A DNA stretch of 29,902 bases from Chloroflexota bacterium (GTDB taxonomy: Bacteria > Chloroflexota > Dehalococcoidia > GIF9 > AB-539-J10). A program made the translations under genes and the position numbers. The notes under the pieces were generated by a model, which was not told where the DNA came from, searched no databases, and saw only the letters and a list, made by a program, of their open reading frames with translations. Numbering within the stretch: the first letter of the stretch is position 1; each line of letters begins with the position of its first letter. Below are positions 1 to 10,209 of the stretch, piece by piece. Where the stretch lies: contig JADFUZ010000133.1 of the NCBI GenBank assembly GCA_015222295.1, positions 1-29,902 on the forward strand. The letters are read 5' to 3'.

Positions 1-2
1 AG

Positions 3-221
3 CTACTTGAGCCTGTAAGTAACCCGCCCCCGGCTCAAATCATACGGCGAAAGCTCCACTAGCACCCTGTCCCCAGGCAGAATCTTGATGTAATGCTTCC
101 TCATCTTCCCCGAAATGTGAGCCAGCACCGTATGGCCGTTAGGCAGCGCCACACGAAACATCGTGTTGGGCAAGCACACAGTCACTTTGCCCTCAACCTC
201 TATCTTTTCCTTCTTGGCCAT
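3..221 (-). CDS. infA: Translation initiation factor IF-1
   Basis: 72 aa; [37 protein letters not shown] is the IF-1 signature; follows adk-map. Confidence 0.98.
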   Translation of the reverse strand: MAKKEKIEVEGKVTVCLPNTMFRVALPNGHTVLAHISGKMRKHYIKILPGDRVLVELSPYDLSRGRVTYRLK

Positions 222-229
222 CCTTCTCC

Positions 230-967
230 CTAGGCGAGTATCTCAGCTTCCCCGTCCGTAATAGCAATAGTGTGCTCAAAGTGCGCCGCCAGACTTCCAT
301 CAGATGTTAACACCGTCCAAAGGTTAGCAGCCAATCTGGTACGCCAGGCGCCCGCGCTCACCATTGGCTCAATAGCTAGAGTCATGCCGTTGCGAAGCAA
401 AGGCCCCCCATTTGAGGCAAAATTGGGTACCGCTGGCTCCTCGTGTAGCTCCCTGCCTACTCCATGCCCCGTGTATTCCCTGATCACGGAGAACCCTCTG
501 GACTCAACATACTCCTGAATAGCGCCTGAGATATCTCCCACATGCGCGTTACATTTTGCCTCGGCAATGCCAGCACTCAAGCTGCCTTCCGTTGCCGCCA
601 CGAGTTGTTCCGCCCGCTGACTTATCTTGCCCACTCCAACAGTGATAGCCGCATCAGTATGGAACCCCTCAAAGAGGACCCCGGCATCCAGAGAGACAAT
701 GTCACCCTCCTCCAGTGTCCGTTCACCAGGAATGCCATGGACTATTTCGTCATTGACGGAAACACATAGATGGGCAGGAAAACCGCGATAATTCTTGAAG
801 GAGGGTTTACCCCCCCTTTTTTTCGTCTCCTCAACCACGAGCGTATCCAGCCTGCAGGTCTTGATCCCCACCTTAACCTCTGCCCTCAACCTGTCCAGTA
901 CCGCCATCAGAATCCGACCGCACTGGCGCATAATGGCTATTTCTTCAGCAGACTTGACAACAATCAC
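230..967 (-). CDS. map: Type I methionine aminopeptidase
   Basis: HGIP motif and metal ligands in DAG, HTDAAIT, GHGVG, AIEPM, HFEHT; 4-nt overlap with adk stop. Confidence 0.97.
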   Translation of the reverse strand: MIVVKSAEEIAIMRQCGRILMAVLDRLRAEVKVGIKTCRLDTLVVEETKKRGGKPSFKNYRGFPAHLCVSVNDEIVHGIPGERTLEEGDIVSLDAGVLFEGFHTDAAITVGVGKISQRAEQLVAATEGSLSAGIAEAKCNAHVGDISGAIQEYVESRGFSVIREYTGHGVGRELHEEPAVPNFASNGGPLLRNGMTLAIEPMVSAGAWRTRLAANLWTVLTSDGSLAAHFEHTIAITDGEAEILA

Positions 968-1620
968 TGCGCTTCTCTTCCTCTAAGAGCACACAGGATT
1001 TCCTTGGATACCTCTGCTATTCCCAGGTTGCCACTAACATCGAGAAGCTTTCCCTGCTTCCTATAGTAATCTAGGATAGGGACAGTCTGAGAAAAGAAAA
1101 CCTTCAGTCGTTTCCTCACTGTCTCTTCATTGTCGTCAGAGCGCTGGTATAGTTGACCACCGCACTTATCACACTTCCCCACCATTGCAGGTGGTGACGT
1201 CGCCACATGGTAAGGCGTCTGACATTGCCGGCAGATCCACCGGCCACTCAGGCGTTTCACGAGCTCTGCCTCGCTCACCTTTATGTACACCGCGGCATCA
1301 ACGGCTTCCCCGCGTTCAGCCAGAATTCCGTCCAGAGCCTCAGCCTGCACCAGGGTTCGAGGAAAACCGTCGAAAAGACATCCCGAGGCACAATCAGGCG
1401 AGTCAATCCTTTCGAGAATCATCTTGGTCACTATTTCGTCAGGGCCTAGCTCTCCTTTGTCCATGTATGACTTGGCCAGGAGACCCAGCTCAGTTTGCTG
1501 TTCCAGTGCCTGCCGAAACAGATCTCCGGAAGCTACGTGAGGCAGATTCATCTCCTGGGAGACGATAGCTGATTGGGTTCCCTTCCCCGCACCCGGGCCA
1601 CCCAACATAACAACATACAT
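964..1620 (-). CDS. adk: Adenylate kinase (zinc-LID type)
   Basis: P-loop GGPGAGKGTQ, DGFPRT, LID CRQC...CDKC, QRSDD; located after secY. Confidence 0.98.
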   Translation of the reverse strand: MYVVMLGGPGAGKGTQSAIVSQEMNLPHVASGDLFRQALEQQTELGLLAKSYMDKGELGPDEIVTKMILERIDSPDCASGCLFDGFPRTLVQAEALDGILAERGEAVDAAVYIKVSEAELVKRLSGRWICRQCQTPYHVATSPPAMVGKCDKCGGQLYQRSDDNEETVRKRLKVFFSQTVPILDYYRKQGKLLDVSGNLGIAEVSKEILCALRGREAQ

Positions 1621-1631
1621 GCCGCGCTTTC

Positions 1632-2951
1632 CTATTTCAGGAAGCCCTCATAGCGCCGCATCGTTAGCTGGGATTCCAATTGCTTCATCGTATCCAGGGC
1701 AACACCAACAGCTATGAGTATCGCAGTGCTGGAAATCGTCAATACCGTGACACCCGTAATTACCCGGGCGATGAACGGCGTAATCGCTACCAAAGCCAGA
1801 AAAAGGGCGCCTCCAAAAGTGAGGCGTTTCATCACCGCGTTCAGGTAATCAGCGGTGGTCTTCCCAGGACGAACCCCCGGGATAAAGCCTCCATGCTGTT
1901 GCAGAGTCTTGGGCAGATTCATCTGCTCAAACACGACCATGGTATAGAAGAAAGCAAAACCAACTACCAGCAGGAAGTATGTACCCCAATACACCAAGCC
2001 CAAGGGAGGGCCCACCCCAGAATCGAAGACATGATACACCGTGTTCCAGAAGTTCGGATTCTCCCCACCCGGATTCATGAAATAGCTAGCCATCAACCTG
2101 GGCATTTGCATTAGTGCTATAGCAAAGATTATCGGGATCATGCCAGCAGTGTTCACCCGCAACGGAATGTACGTCGAGCCCGACTGGCGGTACATGCGCC
2201 CGCCACGGAAACTGCTCCGAGCGTACTGAACCGGGATGCGACGATGAGCTTCAATGAATACGACTATGACCACAAGGGTGGCCGCCCCGAGTACGATGAA
2301 CGTCATAAACCCCAGAGGACTTTCCTTCCACGCTAGTTCGCCACGGCCAACCATCTCGGCCAGACTAGCCACGATGCCACCGAAGATTATTATTGATATG
2401 CCGTTTCCAATACCCCGCTCAGTAATCAACTCCCCCATCCAGACAAGGAGCATAGTGCCTGCCGTCATCGATATCACTATGGTGACGATAGTCAAGGACT
2501 CAAGCTGCCCAACAATACCCTGGCTACTCAGCAAGGTCAGCTGCCCATAACCCTGGAGACAGGCCAACGGCACAACCAAGAGATGCGTGATGCGATTGAT
2601 CTTGCGCTGCCCAGCTTCTCCCTGCTGAGACAAGGCTTGAAGACTGGGAATCACGGGAACCAGCAGTTGCATAATAATCGAGGACGTAATGTAGGGATAA
2701 ACGCCCATAGCAGCCACGCTGAAGTTCCTCATCGCGCCACCACTGAAAAGGTCAAGCATCCCTAGAAGCTGGTGCTGTGCAAAGAAATCGTGCAACGCAT
2801 CCAGATCCACCCCCGGCAGAGGAACATGAACCAGAAAACGGAAGATGACCAGAATGCCGAAGGTGAAAAGTATCTTTCGCCTCAGGTCCGGCAATGCAAA
2901 CGCGTCCTTCATCGCGCGGATGAGACGTGGTTGACTTTCCCTGCTCCGCAT
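1632..2951 (-). CDS. secY: Preprotein translocase subunit SecY
   Basis: Hydrophobic 439 aa; MGVYPYITSSIIMQLL, GIGNGISIIIF, FIPGVRPG motifs. Confidence 0.98.
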   Translation of the reverse strand: MRSRESQPRLIRAMKDAFALPDLRRKILFTFGILVIFRFLVHVPLPGVDLDALHDFFAQHQLLGMLDLFSGGAMRNFSVAAMGVYPYITSSIIMQLLVPVIPSLQALSQQGEAGQRKINRITHLLVVPLACLQGYGQLTLLSSQGIVGQLESLTIVTIVISMTAGTMLLVWMGELITERGIGNGISIIIFGGIVASLAEMVGRGELAWKESPLGFMTFIVLGAATLVVIVVFIEAHRRIPVQYARSSFRGGRMYRQSGSTYIPLRVNTAGMIPIIFAIALMQMPRLMASYFMNPGGENPNFWNTVYHVFDSGVGPPLGLVYWGTYFLLVVGFAFFYTMVVFEQMNLPKTLQQHGGFIPGVRPGKTTADYLNAVMKRLTFGGALFLALVAITPFIARVITGVTVLTISSTAILIAVGVALDTMKQLESQLTMRRYEGFLK

Positions 2952-2952
2952 A

Positions 2953-3396
2953 CTAAGCCTGCTCTACCCTTCCGCCGACACCGATAATCTTCCTCTTGGC
3001 GCTGGCCGAGACCTTATCAACCTTGACCGACAACGAGCGATCAACTTCCCCACCACCAAGTATCTTGGTGGGACGAGACAAAGACTTGATCAGCCCTGCC
3101 CCAAGTAATTCGCTGGCATTCACTTCGCTTCCCTCCGGGAAGATGTTGAGCTTGCCGACATTGACAACATTGTATTCAATTCTGAAGATGTTGGTGAAAC
3201 CCCTCTTTCTTGGCAGCCGTTTGATAAGGGGCAATTGCCCTCCTTCAAACCCGAGGCGTACGCCACCCCCCGAACGCGATTTCTGTCCCTTGCAACCCCG
3301 TCCCGAATAGGTGCCGCGCCCACTACCATCCCCCCGGCCCACCCGCCTCGCCTTGTGTCTAGCACCCACAGGAGGTCTCAAGTCATTCAGTTTCAC
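2953..3396 (-). CDS. rplO: 50S ribosomal protein L15
   Basis: [24 protein letters not shown] and FEGGQLPL; GTG start; overlaps rpsE by 14 nt. Confidence 0.98.
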   Translation of the reverse strand: MKLNDLRPPVGARHKARRVGRGDGSGRGTYSGRGCKGQKSRSGGGVRLGFEGGQLPLIKRLPRKRGFTNIFRIEYNVVNVGKLNIFPEGSEVNASELLGAGLIKSLSRPTKILGGGEVDRSLSVKVDKVSASAKRKIIGVGGRVEQA

Positions 3397-3934
3397 TCTT
3401 TTCCTCCTCTTCCTGGGGCCCCAACCCAGCCTCCTCCTCGGTCACGATCCCCCCCGGCTTCCGCAGGCTGGCCAGAGCAAGAATAGTCGCCCTGGCCACA
3501 TTGACTCGGTTGGCGCTACCCAGGGACTTGCTGCTAATGTCCTTTATGCCTGCCAGTTCAAGCACCGCACGAACAGTATGGCTGGCAATCATGCCACTCC
3601 CAGCTCTCGCTGGCTTAAGCAATACACGGGATGCCCCGAACTTGGCCAGGATCTCGTGAGGAATGGTGTTGTTCACAACGGGTACTTCGATCAGCGCCTT
3701 TCGTGCCACGGCACCAGCCTTACGGATCGCCTCGGGAACCCCGGTCGCCTTGGCCAGGCCAACTCCCACAAATCCTTGGCCGTCGCCGACCACCATCAAA
3801 GCCCGGAATCGAAGCCTCCTGCCACCCTTGACCACCTTAATCACACGGTCAACTCCCATCAGCCGCTCTTGAAGATCCAGCTCCGAAGCGTCGATTTTCA
3901 GTTTCCTGTTGATCGCCTTGGTGACTGCTTTCAT
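3383..3934 (-). CDS. rpsE: 30S ribosomal protein S5
   Basis: [28 protein letters not shown]; acidic C-terminal tail. Confidence 0.97.
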   Translation of the reverse strand: MKAVTKAINRKLKIDASELDLQERLMGVDRVIKVVKGGRRLRFRALMVVGDGQGFVGVGLAKATGVPEAIRKAGAVARKALIEVPVVNNTIPHEILAKFGASRVLLKPARAGSGMIASHTVRAVLELAGIKDISSKSLGSANRVNVARATILALASLRKPGGIVTEEEAGLGPQEEEEKSETE

Positions 3935-3968
3935 AAGAGAACCCTTTCGCCTTCCTCACGACGAACTG

Positions 3969-4334
3969 TCAGAACTGTAGCCCCGCTTGTCTGGCAGCCT
4001 CAGCTAAAGCTCTGACCCTGCCGTGATATTGATAACCAGCACGGTCGAAAACCACGCAGTTGATCCCCCTGTCCAATGCCCTCTGAGCCAGCAACGAACC
4101 TAGAAGTTCGGCGCTCTTCACGTTTGCCGTTCCCTCAGTTTTCCCCCTAACATCAGCATCAAGGGTACTCGCAGAGACCAGAGTTCGCCCTCGCACATCA
4201 TCTATGACTTGAGCATAAGTGTGCTTCAAGCTTCGAAAGACACATAGTCTAGGTCGGGCCATTGTGCCCACCACTTTCTCTCTCACTCGCCTATGCCGTA
4301 TCTTCCGGATTAGACTTGGGGCTGCTCTCTTCAT
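3969..4334 (-). CDS. rplR: 50S ribosomal protein L18
   Basis: [30 protein letters not shown]; start moved to ATG at 4334 (MKRAAPSL), since the ORF-track upstream extension overlaps rplF. Confidence 0.96.
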   Translation of the reverse strand: MKRAAPSLIRKIRHRRVREKVVGTMARPRLCVFRSLKHTYAQVIDDVRGRTLVSASTLDADVRGKTEGTANVKSAELLGSLLAQRALDRGINCVVFDRAGYQYHGRVRALAEAARQAGLQF

Positions 4335-4341
4335 CGCACGA

Positions 4342-4890
4342 CTATCCTTTCGATACCTTACCCGCCTTACCGGGTTTGAGATGCAATTTCTCCTCAGCGT
4401 ACTTGATCCCTTTCCCCTTATAATGATCAGTCTTGCGTATGGCACGCACTCTGGCTGCCACCTGTCCAACAGCTTCCTTGTCAATGCCGCTGATACGGAC
4501 ACGATCCGTCCCCTCGACGGTGGCGTCCACCCCGGGAGGAAGAGGAAAATCCACGCGGTGACTGTACCCAACCTGAAACGATAGTCTGTCACCAACCTGT
4601 TGTACCCTGTAGCCTACTCCCCTCACCTCCAGCACTCGCTCGAAACCCTTGCTCACCCCCTGAATCATGTTGGCCAGGAGACTGCGCGTGAGCCCGTGAA
4701 GAGAGCGGTGCACTCTATCATTACTGGGGCGCGCCACAAATAGCTGTCCATCCCTCAGAGAAACGGAGATTTCTGGGTGAAAGCGCCGACAGAGTTCTCC
4801 TCTGTCGCCCTTGACCCTTATCTCATCGCCCCTAATCTCCACCTCAACGCCTTGAGGGACGGTGATTGGAAGTAGACCAATTCGTGACAT
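4342..4890 (-). CDS. rplF: 50S ribosomal protein L6
   Basis: [18 protein letters not shown] motifs. Confidence 0.98.
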   Translation of the reverse strand: MSRIGLLPITVPQGVEVEIRGDEIRVKGDRGELCRRFHPEISVSLRDGQLFVARPSNDRVHRSLHGLTRSLLANMIQGVSKGFERVLEVRGVGYRVQQVGDRLSFQVGYSHRVDFPLPPGVDATVEGTDRVRISGIDKEAVGQVAARVRAIRKTDHYKGKGIKYAEEKLHLKPGKAGKVSKG

Positions 4891-4909
4891 TCGTAGCTCC
4901 TACTTCAAC

Positions 4910-5308
4910 TCACCACACATAGCACAGAACTTCACCGCCAAGGTGTCGACGCCACGCCTCGTCTCCAGTCATAATACCCTCGTGCGTGGACAGTATCGCA
5001 ATACCCAACCCCCCATATACACGTGGGACTTCGCCTTGCTTCACGTAAACCCTCAGACCCGGTTTGCTCACCCTTTCCAGACCCAGCAAAGCTGGCTGCT
5101 TGTCCACGTACTTGAGAAGCAGCTTTATCGTCGGCTGTGGCTTGTTGCCCTTCAGGTTCTCGTAGTCAACGACAAACCCCTTCTCCTTGAGGATCTTGGC
5201 GATAGCTAACTTGACCGTCGACGAAGGCATCAGCACACTATCATGACCTGCAGCGACGGCGTTGCGAATGCGCGTCAGCATATCAGCAATCGGATCAGTA
5301 ACCGTCAT
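4910..5308 (-). CDS. rpsH: 30S ribosomal protein S8
   Basis: [30 protein letters not shown]. Confidence 0.98.
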   Translation of the reverse strand: MTVTDPIADMLTRIRNAVAAGHDSVLMPSSTVKLAIAKILKEKGFVVDYENLKGNKPQPTIKLLLKYVDKQPALLGLERVSKPGLRVYVKQGEVPRVYGGLGIAILSTHEGIMTGDEAWRRHLGGEVLCYVW

Positions 5309-5317
5309 GTAGACTCC

Positions 5318-5503
5318 TTACCAGCTCGATTTCATTACTCCTGGAATGTCACCGGTCACAGCAAACTTGCGAAAGCAGATACGACACAAGCCAAATCTGC
5401 GCATGTAGGCACGCGGCCGGCCGCATAACTGACAACGGTTACGCTGCTGCACCTTGTACTTGGGTGGTCGCCTTGACTTCGCGATCTTGGATGTCTTTGC
5501 CAT
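5318..5503 (-). CDS. rpsN: 30S ribosomal protein S14, zinc-binding (type Z, C+) form
   Basis: 61 aa; [23 protein letters not shown] with two CxxC pairs. Confidence 0.97.
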   Translation of the reverse strand: MAKTSKIAKSRRPPKYKVQQRNRCQLCGRPRAYMRRFGLCRICFRKFAVTGDIPGVMKSSW

Positions 5504-5504
5504 T

Positions 5505-6050
5505 TCAATTCTTCCTTAGAGGCATGCCCATTAGCTCCAGCAAGCTCCTCGCTTCACTATCGCGCTTGGCAGTGGTGATTATTGTCACTTGAAGGCCTCG
5601 AACTCTGTCTATCTTGTCGTAGTCGATTTCAGGGAAGACTATTTGTTCCCTTATACCCAGATTATAGTTGCCCCGACCATCAAAGGAATCCGGCGATAGG
5701 CCGCGAAAATCACGAAAACGAGGCAAGACAACATTGACCAGCCTATCAAAGAAATCATACATTCGTTTGCCTCGCAGCGTCACCATGACTCCAATCGGCA
5801 TACCAGACCTCAGCTTAAAGGCGGCAACAGACTTCTTCGCCCGTGTGATCACCGGGTGCTGTCCAGAGACCGTGGCCAGGTCTCTCTCCGCCGACTCCAG
5901 CGCCTTCGCATTTTGTATCGCTTCGCCCAACCCGATGCTTAGCACTATCTTCTGCAGCTTGGGCAACTGCATGGCGTTCTTGACGCCCAATCTAGACTGA
6001 AGCTCAGGAACCACTTGCTTCAGATATTCGTCCTTCAGTCGAGCCGTCAT
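5505..6050 (-). CDS. rplE: 50S ribosomal protein L5
   Basis: [41 protein letters not shown]. Confidence 0.98.
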   Translation of the reverse strand: MTARLKDEYLKQVVPELQSRLGVKNAMQLPKLQKIVLSIGLGEAIQNAKALESAERDLATVSGQHPVITRAKKSVAAFKLRSGMPIGVMVTLRGKRMYDFFDRLVNVVLPRFRDFRGLSPDSFDGRGNYNLGIREQIVFPEIDYDKIDRVRGLQVTIITTAKRDSEARSLLELMGMPLRKN

Positions 6051-6062
6051 GCGCCAATCCTC

Positions 6063-6374
6063 TTAATCAATCACCTCTCGGCAGGAGCGGCAAATCCGCA
6101 CCTTGCTACCATCATCAAGAAGGCGGAATCCGACTCGCGCGGGCTTCCCGCACTTGTTGCACAGTAACATCACGTTCGATACGTGAAGCGGAGCTTCAAG
6201 CTCGATTATGCCCGCCTGCCGAGCTGCTCTGCTGGTTCGAGAATGCCGCCTGATCATGTTGGCACCTTCCACCAGCACCTTGTCCTTATCGGGGAAAGCG
6301 CGGCGCACTTTTCCCTTTTTCCCTTTGTCTTTTCCAGCTATGACAACAACCGTGTCGTTCTTCCTGAGCTTCAC
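6063..6374 (-). CDS. rplX: 50S ribosomal protein L24
   Basis: KOW motif [24 protein letters not shown]; C-terminal CNKC...CRSC; GTG start. Confidence 0.98.
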   Translation of the reverse strand: MKLRKNDTVVVIAGKDKGKKGKVRRAFPDKDKVLVEGANMIRRHSRTSRAARQAGIIELEAPLHVSNVMLLCNKCGKPARVGFRLLDDGSKVRICRSCREVID

Positions 6375-6375
6375 T

Positions 6376-6744
6376 TCAGAGAACCTCCGGGGCTAAGGAT
6401 ATGATCTTCGTGAACTTCTTCTCTCTGAGTTCCCGAGCCACAGGGCCAAAAATGCGGCTGCCTCTAGGGTTATTTCTCTCACCGAGAATAACCGCGGCAT
6501 TCTCGTCAAATCTGATATAAGATCCGTCAGAGCGGCGATAGGGCTTGGTCACGCGCACGACCACAGCTTTCACCACCTCTCCTTGCTTTATCACCCCATG
6601 TGGCATGGCCTGCTTCACCGTGGCAACGATGACATCGCCAACATGTGCGTACCTTCTCCTCGTTCCGCCAAGAACATTGATGCACATGATTCGCTTGGCT
6701 CCCGTATTATCAGCGATCTTCAGTCTGGTGTAACTCTGAATCAT
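6376..6744 (-). CDS. rplN: 50S ribosomal protein L14
   Basis: [34 protein letters not shown]. Confidence 0.99.
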   Translation of the reverse strand: MIQSYTRLKIADNTGAKRIMCINVLGGTRRRYAHVGDVIVATVKQAMPHGVIKQGEVVKAVVVRVTKPYRRSDGSYIRFDENAAVILGERNNPRGSRIFGPVARELREKKFTKIISLAPEVL

Positions 6745-7021
6745 TTTCCTTATCAGGCAGGTTCTGCTCGCCTAATTCCTTCCTCGAGACTATCTCCGTT
6801 ACGCGCCATCGCTTCTCCTTCGACAGAGGACGTGTCTCTATGACCCTCACCTCATCCCCAATTCTGCAAGCATTGTCCTCATCATGGGCCTTATGCTTCC
6901 TGATGCGCCTAACGGGTTTTCTGTAGAGCCGATGACGCGATACGGTCTCTACAGCCACGACAACTGTCTTGTCCATCCTATCGCTCACCACCCTACCGAC
7001 TCTAACCTTTCTCTTTCCCAT
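6710..7021 (-). CDS. rpsQ: 30S ribosomal protein S17 with C-terminal extension
   Basis: [26 protein letters not shown]; overlaps rplN by 35 nt. Confidence 0.97.
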   Translation of the reverse strand: MGKRKVRVGRVVSDRMDKTVVVAVETVSRHRLYRKPVRRIRKHKAHDEDNACRIGDEVRVIETRPLSKEKRWRVTEIVSRKELGEQNLPDKENDSELHQTEDR

Positions 7022-7028
7022 ACGTCAT

Positions 7029-7226
7029 TCACTCCACGCCGAGTTCCTTTTCCCGCAGAATGGTCTTGATCCTGGCGATATTCCTCTTCACCCTATAGAG
7101 CTCGCGGTGATTGGCCAACTGGCGTGTTGCCAGTTGAAAACGAAGCCTGAAAAGCCTCTCGTGAGCCTCTTCCAGCGCCTTGACTATCTCTCCTTCAGTG
7201 AGAACTCGGATTTCACTGGCTTTCAA
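7029..7226 (-). CDS. rpmC: 50S ribosomal protein L29
   Basis: [13 protein letters not shown]...IARIKTIL; TTG start at 7226 behind AAGGAG; 65 aa. Confidence 0.95.
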   Translation of the reverse strand: MKASEIRVLTEGEIVKALEEAHERLFRLRFQLATRQLANHRELYRVKRNIARIKTILREKELGVE

Positions 7227-7641
7227 GTCCCGCTCCTTCTCTGGCGACAAAGCTAGCAGCAATAGGTAGTTTGTAGCATGCCAGGTGGACCGCCCTTCGA
7301 GCCATGTCCTCGCCAATGCCAGATAGCTCAAACAAGATTCTACCTCGCTTCACTACGGCTACCCAGTGGTCCGGAGGACCCTTTCCTCCACCCATCCTGG
7401 TCTCGGCCGGTTTCTTGGTAACAACCTTGTCCGGGAAGATGCGTACCCACATCCGACCCCCATGCCGCAAATACCGCACAAGAACACGCCGCGTCGCCTC
7501 AATCTGCCTCGCCGTTATCCAGGCAGATTCCTCAGCCTTCAAAGCAAAGTCACCAAAGGCGACTGTCTCCCCCCTGTGGGCTCGTCCTTTCCGCCGCCCC
7601 CTATGGACCTTACGATACTTTACTCGCTTCGGTTGTAGCAC
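7213..7641 (-). CDS. rplP: 50S ribosomal protein L16
   Basis: [28 protein letters not shown]; GTG start. Confidence 0.98.
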   Translation of the reverse strand: MLQPKRVKYRKVHRGRRKGRAHRGETVAFGDFALKAEESAWITARQIEATRRVLVRYLRHGGRMWVRIFPDKVVTKKPAETRMGGGKGPPDHWVAVVKRGRILFELSGIGEDMARRAVHLACYKLPIAASFVAREGAGLESQ

Positions 7642-8281
7642 TTCCTCTGCTCACCTCAGGGAATACATCACCCAGATAGACCCATACCTTGATACCAATA
7701 CGGCCCATCACCGTACGAGCCTCAACGAAACCATAGTCTATGTTAGCGCGTAGTGTGTGCAATGGCATCTGACCTTCGTGCAGCATCTCAGAACGGGCAA
7801 TTTCACGCCCGCCAAGCCTTCCGGCGCACTTGATCTTTATGCCCTTGGCACCCGCCTGTCGAGTCCGAAAGGCTGCCTGCTTCATCACTCGACGGAAAGG
7901 TACTCTGCCTTCAATACGGTCAGCCATGTTTTGAGCTACCAGGCAAGCCACGAGCTCAGGGCGCTCGACTTCCCTTACTGTCAACCTGACCTTCTCCTTA
8001 CTGACCTTCTCCAATTCAGCCCGCAAGGCTTCCACTTTTTGCCCCCCTCGGCCAATCAGGATCCCAGGGCGGGCGGAATACACTGTCACACTCACCTCCG
8101 CCCCCGTCCGCTCAATTTCCACACGAGAAATAGAACATTCCCGGGATTTTCGCTCGATCACACGACGCAACGCAAGATCCTGGCACAAGAGCCGAGCATA
8201 ATCCTTCTCTGCATACCATTTCGCCTGCCACCACTTGGTAATTCCCAGCCTGAAACCGAAAGGATGTACTTTCTGACCCAA
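7610..8281 (-). CDS. rpsC: 30S ribosomal protein S3
   Basis: [44 protein letters not shown]. Confidence 0.98.
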   Translation of the reverse strand: MGQKVHPFGFRLGITKWWQAKWYAEKDYARLLCQDLALRRVIERKSRECSISRVEIERTGAEVSVTVYSARPGILIGRGGQKVEALRAELEKVSKEKVRLTVREVERPELVACLVAQNMADRIEGRVPFRRVMKQAAFRTRQAGAKGIKIKCAGRLGGREIARSEMLHEGQMPLHTLRANIDYGFVEARTVMGRIGIKVWVYLGDVFPEVSRGSATTEASKVS

Positions 8282-8282
8282 A

Positions 8283-8615
8283 TTACTTCTCCTCGACTGA
8301 AACCGTGATACGCGTAGATCGCTTCAAAATAGGACTCACCCTTCCCCTTGATTTTGGACGAAATCTCTTCAGGGTACGCCCCTCCTCAGCGAGAATATCA
8401 GCAATCTTGAGATTGCCAGTTGATAGTTGAAAGTTGTTCTCGGCATTGGCAGCCGCCGATTTGATTACCTTTGCTACTGCCCTGGCCGCCGGAGTAGGCA
8501 AGAACTTCAGAATAGTCAGAGCCTCGCTGACTTCTCTGCCTCTGACCGTGTTCACTGCCAAGATCACTTTCCTGGGTGAAATGCCTACGTCCTTGGCAAC
8601 AGCTCTCACTCTCAC
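8283..8615 (-). CDS. rplV: 50S ribosomal protein L22
   Basis: ISPRKV, SAAANAENN, LKRFRPKSRGR...ILKRSTRITV; GTG start. Confidence 0.98.
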   Translation of the reverse strand: MRVRAVAKDVGISPRKVILAVNTVRGREVSEALTILKFLPTPAARAVAKVIKSAAANAENNFQLSTGNLKIADILAEEGRTLKRFRPKSRGRVSPILKRSTRITVSVEEK

Positions 8616-8621
8616 CTCAGA

Positions 8622-8909
8622 CTATCTCCTCACCTGCGCAGTCACCTTGGCTCTCGTCACGTGCCCCCTGAATGTCCGGGTGGGCACGAATTCCCCCAGC
8701 TTGTGCCCAACCATATTTTCAGTGATAAAAATCGGCACGTGCTTTCTTCCGTTGTGCACAGCGATAGTATGTCCGATCATAATTGGCAGCACCGTGGAAG
8801 CTCGAGACCAGGTTTTCACCACTGCTTTCTTTCCCGAATTGCTAACCGCTTCGATTTTCTTGACCAATTTTGCATCACAGTAAGGGCCTTTCTTCAGCGA
8901 TCTTGACAT
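8622..8909 (-). CDS. rpsS: 30S ribosomal protein S19
   Basis: [25 protein letters not shown]. Confidence 0.99.
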   Translation of the reverse strand: MSRSLKKGPYCDAKLVKKIEAVSNSGKKAVVKTWSRASTVLPIMIGHTIAVHNGRKHVPIFITENMVGHKLGEFVPTRTFRGHVTRAKVTAQVRR

Positions 8910-8910
8910 T

Positions 8911-9732
8911 CTATTCCCTCCGCCTCAGGATCATCCTGTCTGTCACCTTACGACGCCGTGTCTTGCGCCCCAGGGCAGGCTTTCCCCAGGGTGTCTTTGG
9001 AGGCATCCCACGCGGAGACCTACCTTCACCACCGCCGTGAGGATGGTCCCGTGGGGTCATAGCTGAACCTCGGACCGAGGGACGCCGACCCATCCGTCTT
9101 GTGGTGCCAGCCTTCCCCAGCATCACGTTTCTGTGATCAACATTGCCTATTTGACCAACGGTGGCCCAGCACCTGTGATGAAACCTGCGCAACTCACCCG
9201 AGGGCAGCCGCAACACAACGTACTTTCCTTCCCTGCTCAGGACTTGGGCCGCGGACCCGGCACTGCGAACCACCTGGCCGCCTTTGCCAGGTTCAAGTTC
9301 AACACTATGCACCAGAGTGCCTACGGGAATTGAGCCCAGCGGCAGCGCATTCCCTGGCTTTCTCTCAACGTCTTCTCCTGCCGTTATGATATCCCCCGTT
9401 CCCAGACCCAAGGGCGCCAGCACATAACGCTTTTCCCCGTCAGCGTAGTGAATCAAGGCAATCCGGGATGAACGGTTGGGGTCATACTCAATGGAGGCCA
9501 CTCTTCCCCGAATACCGACCTTGTCTCGCTTGAAATCGATGATTCGGAGTTTGCGTTTGCTCCCTCCTCCTCGATGACGCACCGTTATCACACCTCGGTT
9601 GTTGCGTCCAGCCTTCTTCGCCAGGGGAACGAGCAACGATTTCTCAGGAGCTACTTTGCTCAGCTCCTCAAAAACCGCCCCAACCTTACCCCTTCTCCCC
9701 GGAGAAGTTGGATTATAGATCTTCAGTGCCAT
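8911..9732 (-). CDS. rplB: 50S ribosomal protein L2
   Basis: [29 protein letters not shown]. Confidence 0.99.
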   Translation of the reverse strand: MALKIYNPTSPGRRGKVGAVFEELSKVAPEKSLLVPLAKKAGRNNRGVITVRHRGGGSKRKLRIIDFKRDKVGIRGRVASIEYDPNRSSRIALIHYADGEKRYVLAPLGLGTGDIITAGEDVERKPGNALPLGSIPVGTLVHSVELEPGKGGQVVRSAGSAAQVLSREGKYVVLRLPSGELRRFHHRCWATVGQIGNVDHRNVMLGKAGTTRRMGRRPSVRGSAMTPRDHPHGGGEGRSPRGMPPKTPWGKPALGRKTRRRKVTDRMILRRRE

Positions 9733-9763
9733 AGTTTATCTTCCATCGCCCACAGTCATATTG

Positions 9764-9859
9764 CTATTTATGCTTCCTTTGCCAGCGCGTCTTCTTCAGA
9801 AGCTTCCTGTGTTGGTGCTTCGACATCTTCTTCTTTCTCCACTTAACAACCGATCCCAA
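9764..9859 (-). CDS. 30S ribosomal protein bS22 (AURKAIP1/COX24, mS38-like) small basic protein, 31 aa
   Basis: Read by hand: TTG GGA TCG GTT GTT AAG TGG AGA AAG AAG AAG ATG TCG AAG CAC CAA CAC AGG AAG CTT CTG AAG AAG ACG CGC TGG CAA AGG AAG CAT AAA TAG = MGSVVKWRKKKMSKHQHRKLLKKTRWQRKHK. SD GAGGTG lies 4 nt before the TTG. It aligns without gaps to the mycobacterial bS22 pattern [30 protein letters not shown]. Below the ORF-track length cutoff. Confidence 0.9.
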   Translation of the reverse strand: MGSVVKWRKKKMSKHQHRKLLKKTRWQRKHK

Positions 9860-9924
9860 AATTCACCTCTCATTCCTCGCCAGCTAGAGACCAGGAACGT
9901 ATGGACTGCCGTCTAGCCAGAGCC

Positions 9925-10209
9925 CTAGACACCTTCAAAGAAACCTACTTTGTATCCAGGCTCCAGGCTCACTATCGCTTTCTTCCAAGAGGAACCCGTG
10001 ACTTCTCGCCTTCCCAGTCTCTTTGTCTTTCCTGAGACAGTCATCACGTTGACTTTGGCCACCTTGACTTTGAAGGCCTTCTCAACCGCCTCCTTGATCT
10101 CACGTTTGCTAGCTCCTCTGGCCACCTCGAACGCATACTTATTCGCTTGCTGAAGCAAGGTAGATTTTTCCGTAATCAACGGACGGCGCAACACTTCAAA
10201 CAGGTGCAT
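9925..10209 (-). CDS. rplW: 50S ribosomal protein L23
   Basis: LRRPLITEKST, KVAKVNVM, WKKAIVSL; ATG at 10209 has better SD spacing (GGAGG, 9 nt) than TTG at 10215. Confidence 0.97.
   Translation of the reverse strand: MHLFEVLRRPLITEKSTLLQQANKYAFEVARGASKREIKEAVEKAFKVKVAKVNVMTVSGKTKRLGRREVTGSSWKKAIVSLEPGYKVGFFEGV

Noticed and set aside
4335-4595. Long N-terminal extensions in the ORF track for rplR (also rplD, rpmC, fusA, rpsL, ylxR, crotonase, C_GCAxxG_C_C)
   Set aside because: They overlap upstream genes or lack an RBS; downstream starts match family N-termini.
9768-9842. Acidic minus-strand micro-ORF VEKEEDVEAPTQEASEEDALAKEA in the rplW-rplB gap
   Set aside because: It is an alternate frame of the bS22 gene; the bS22 frame has the SD and family similarity.
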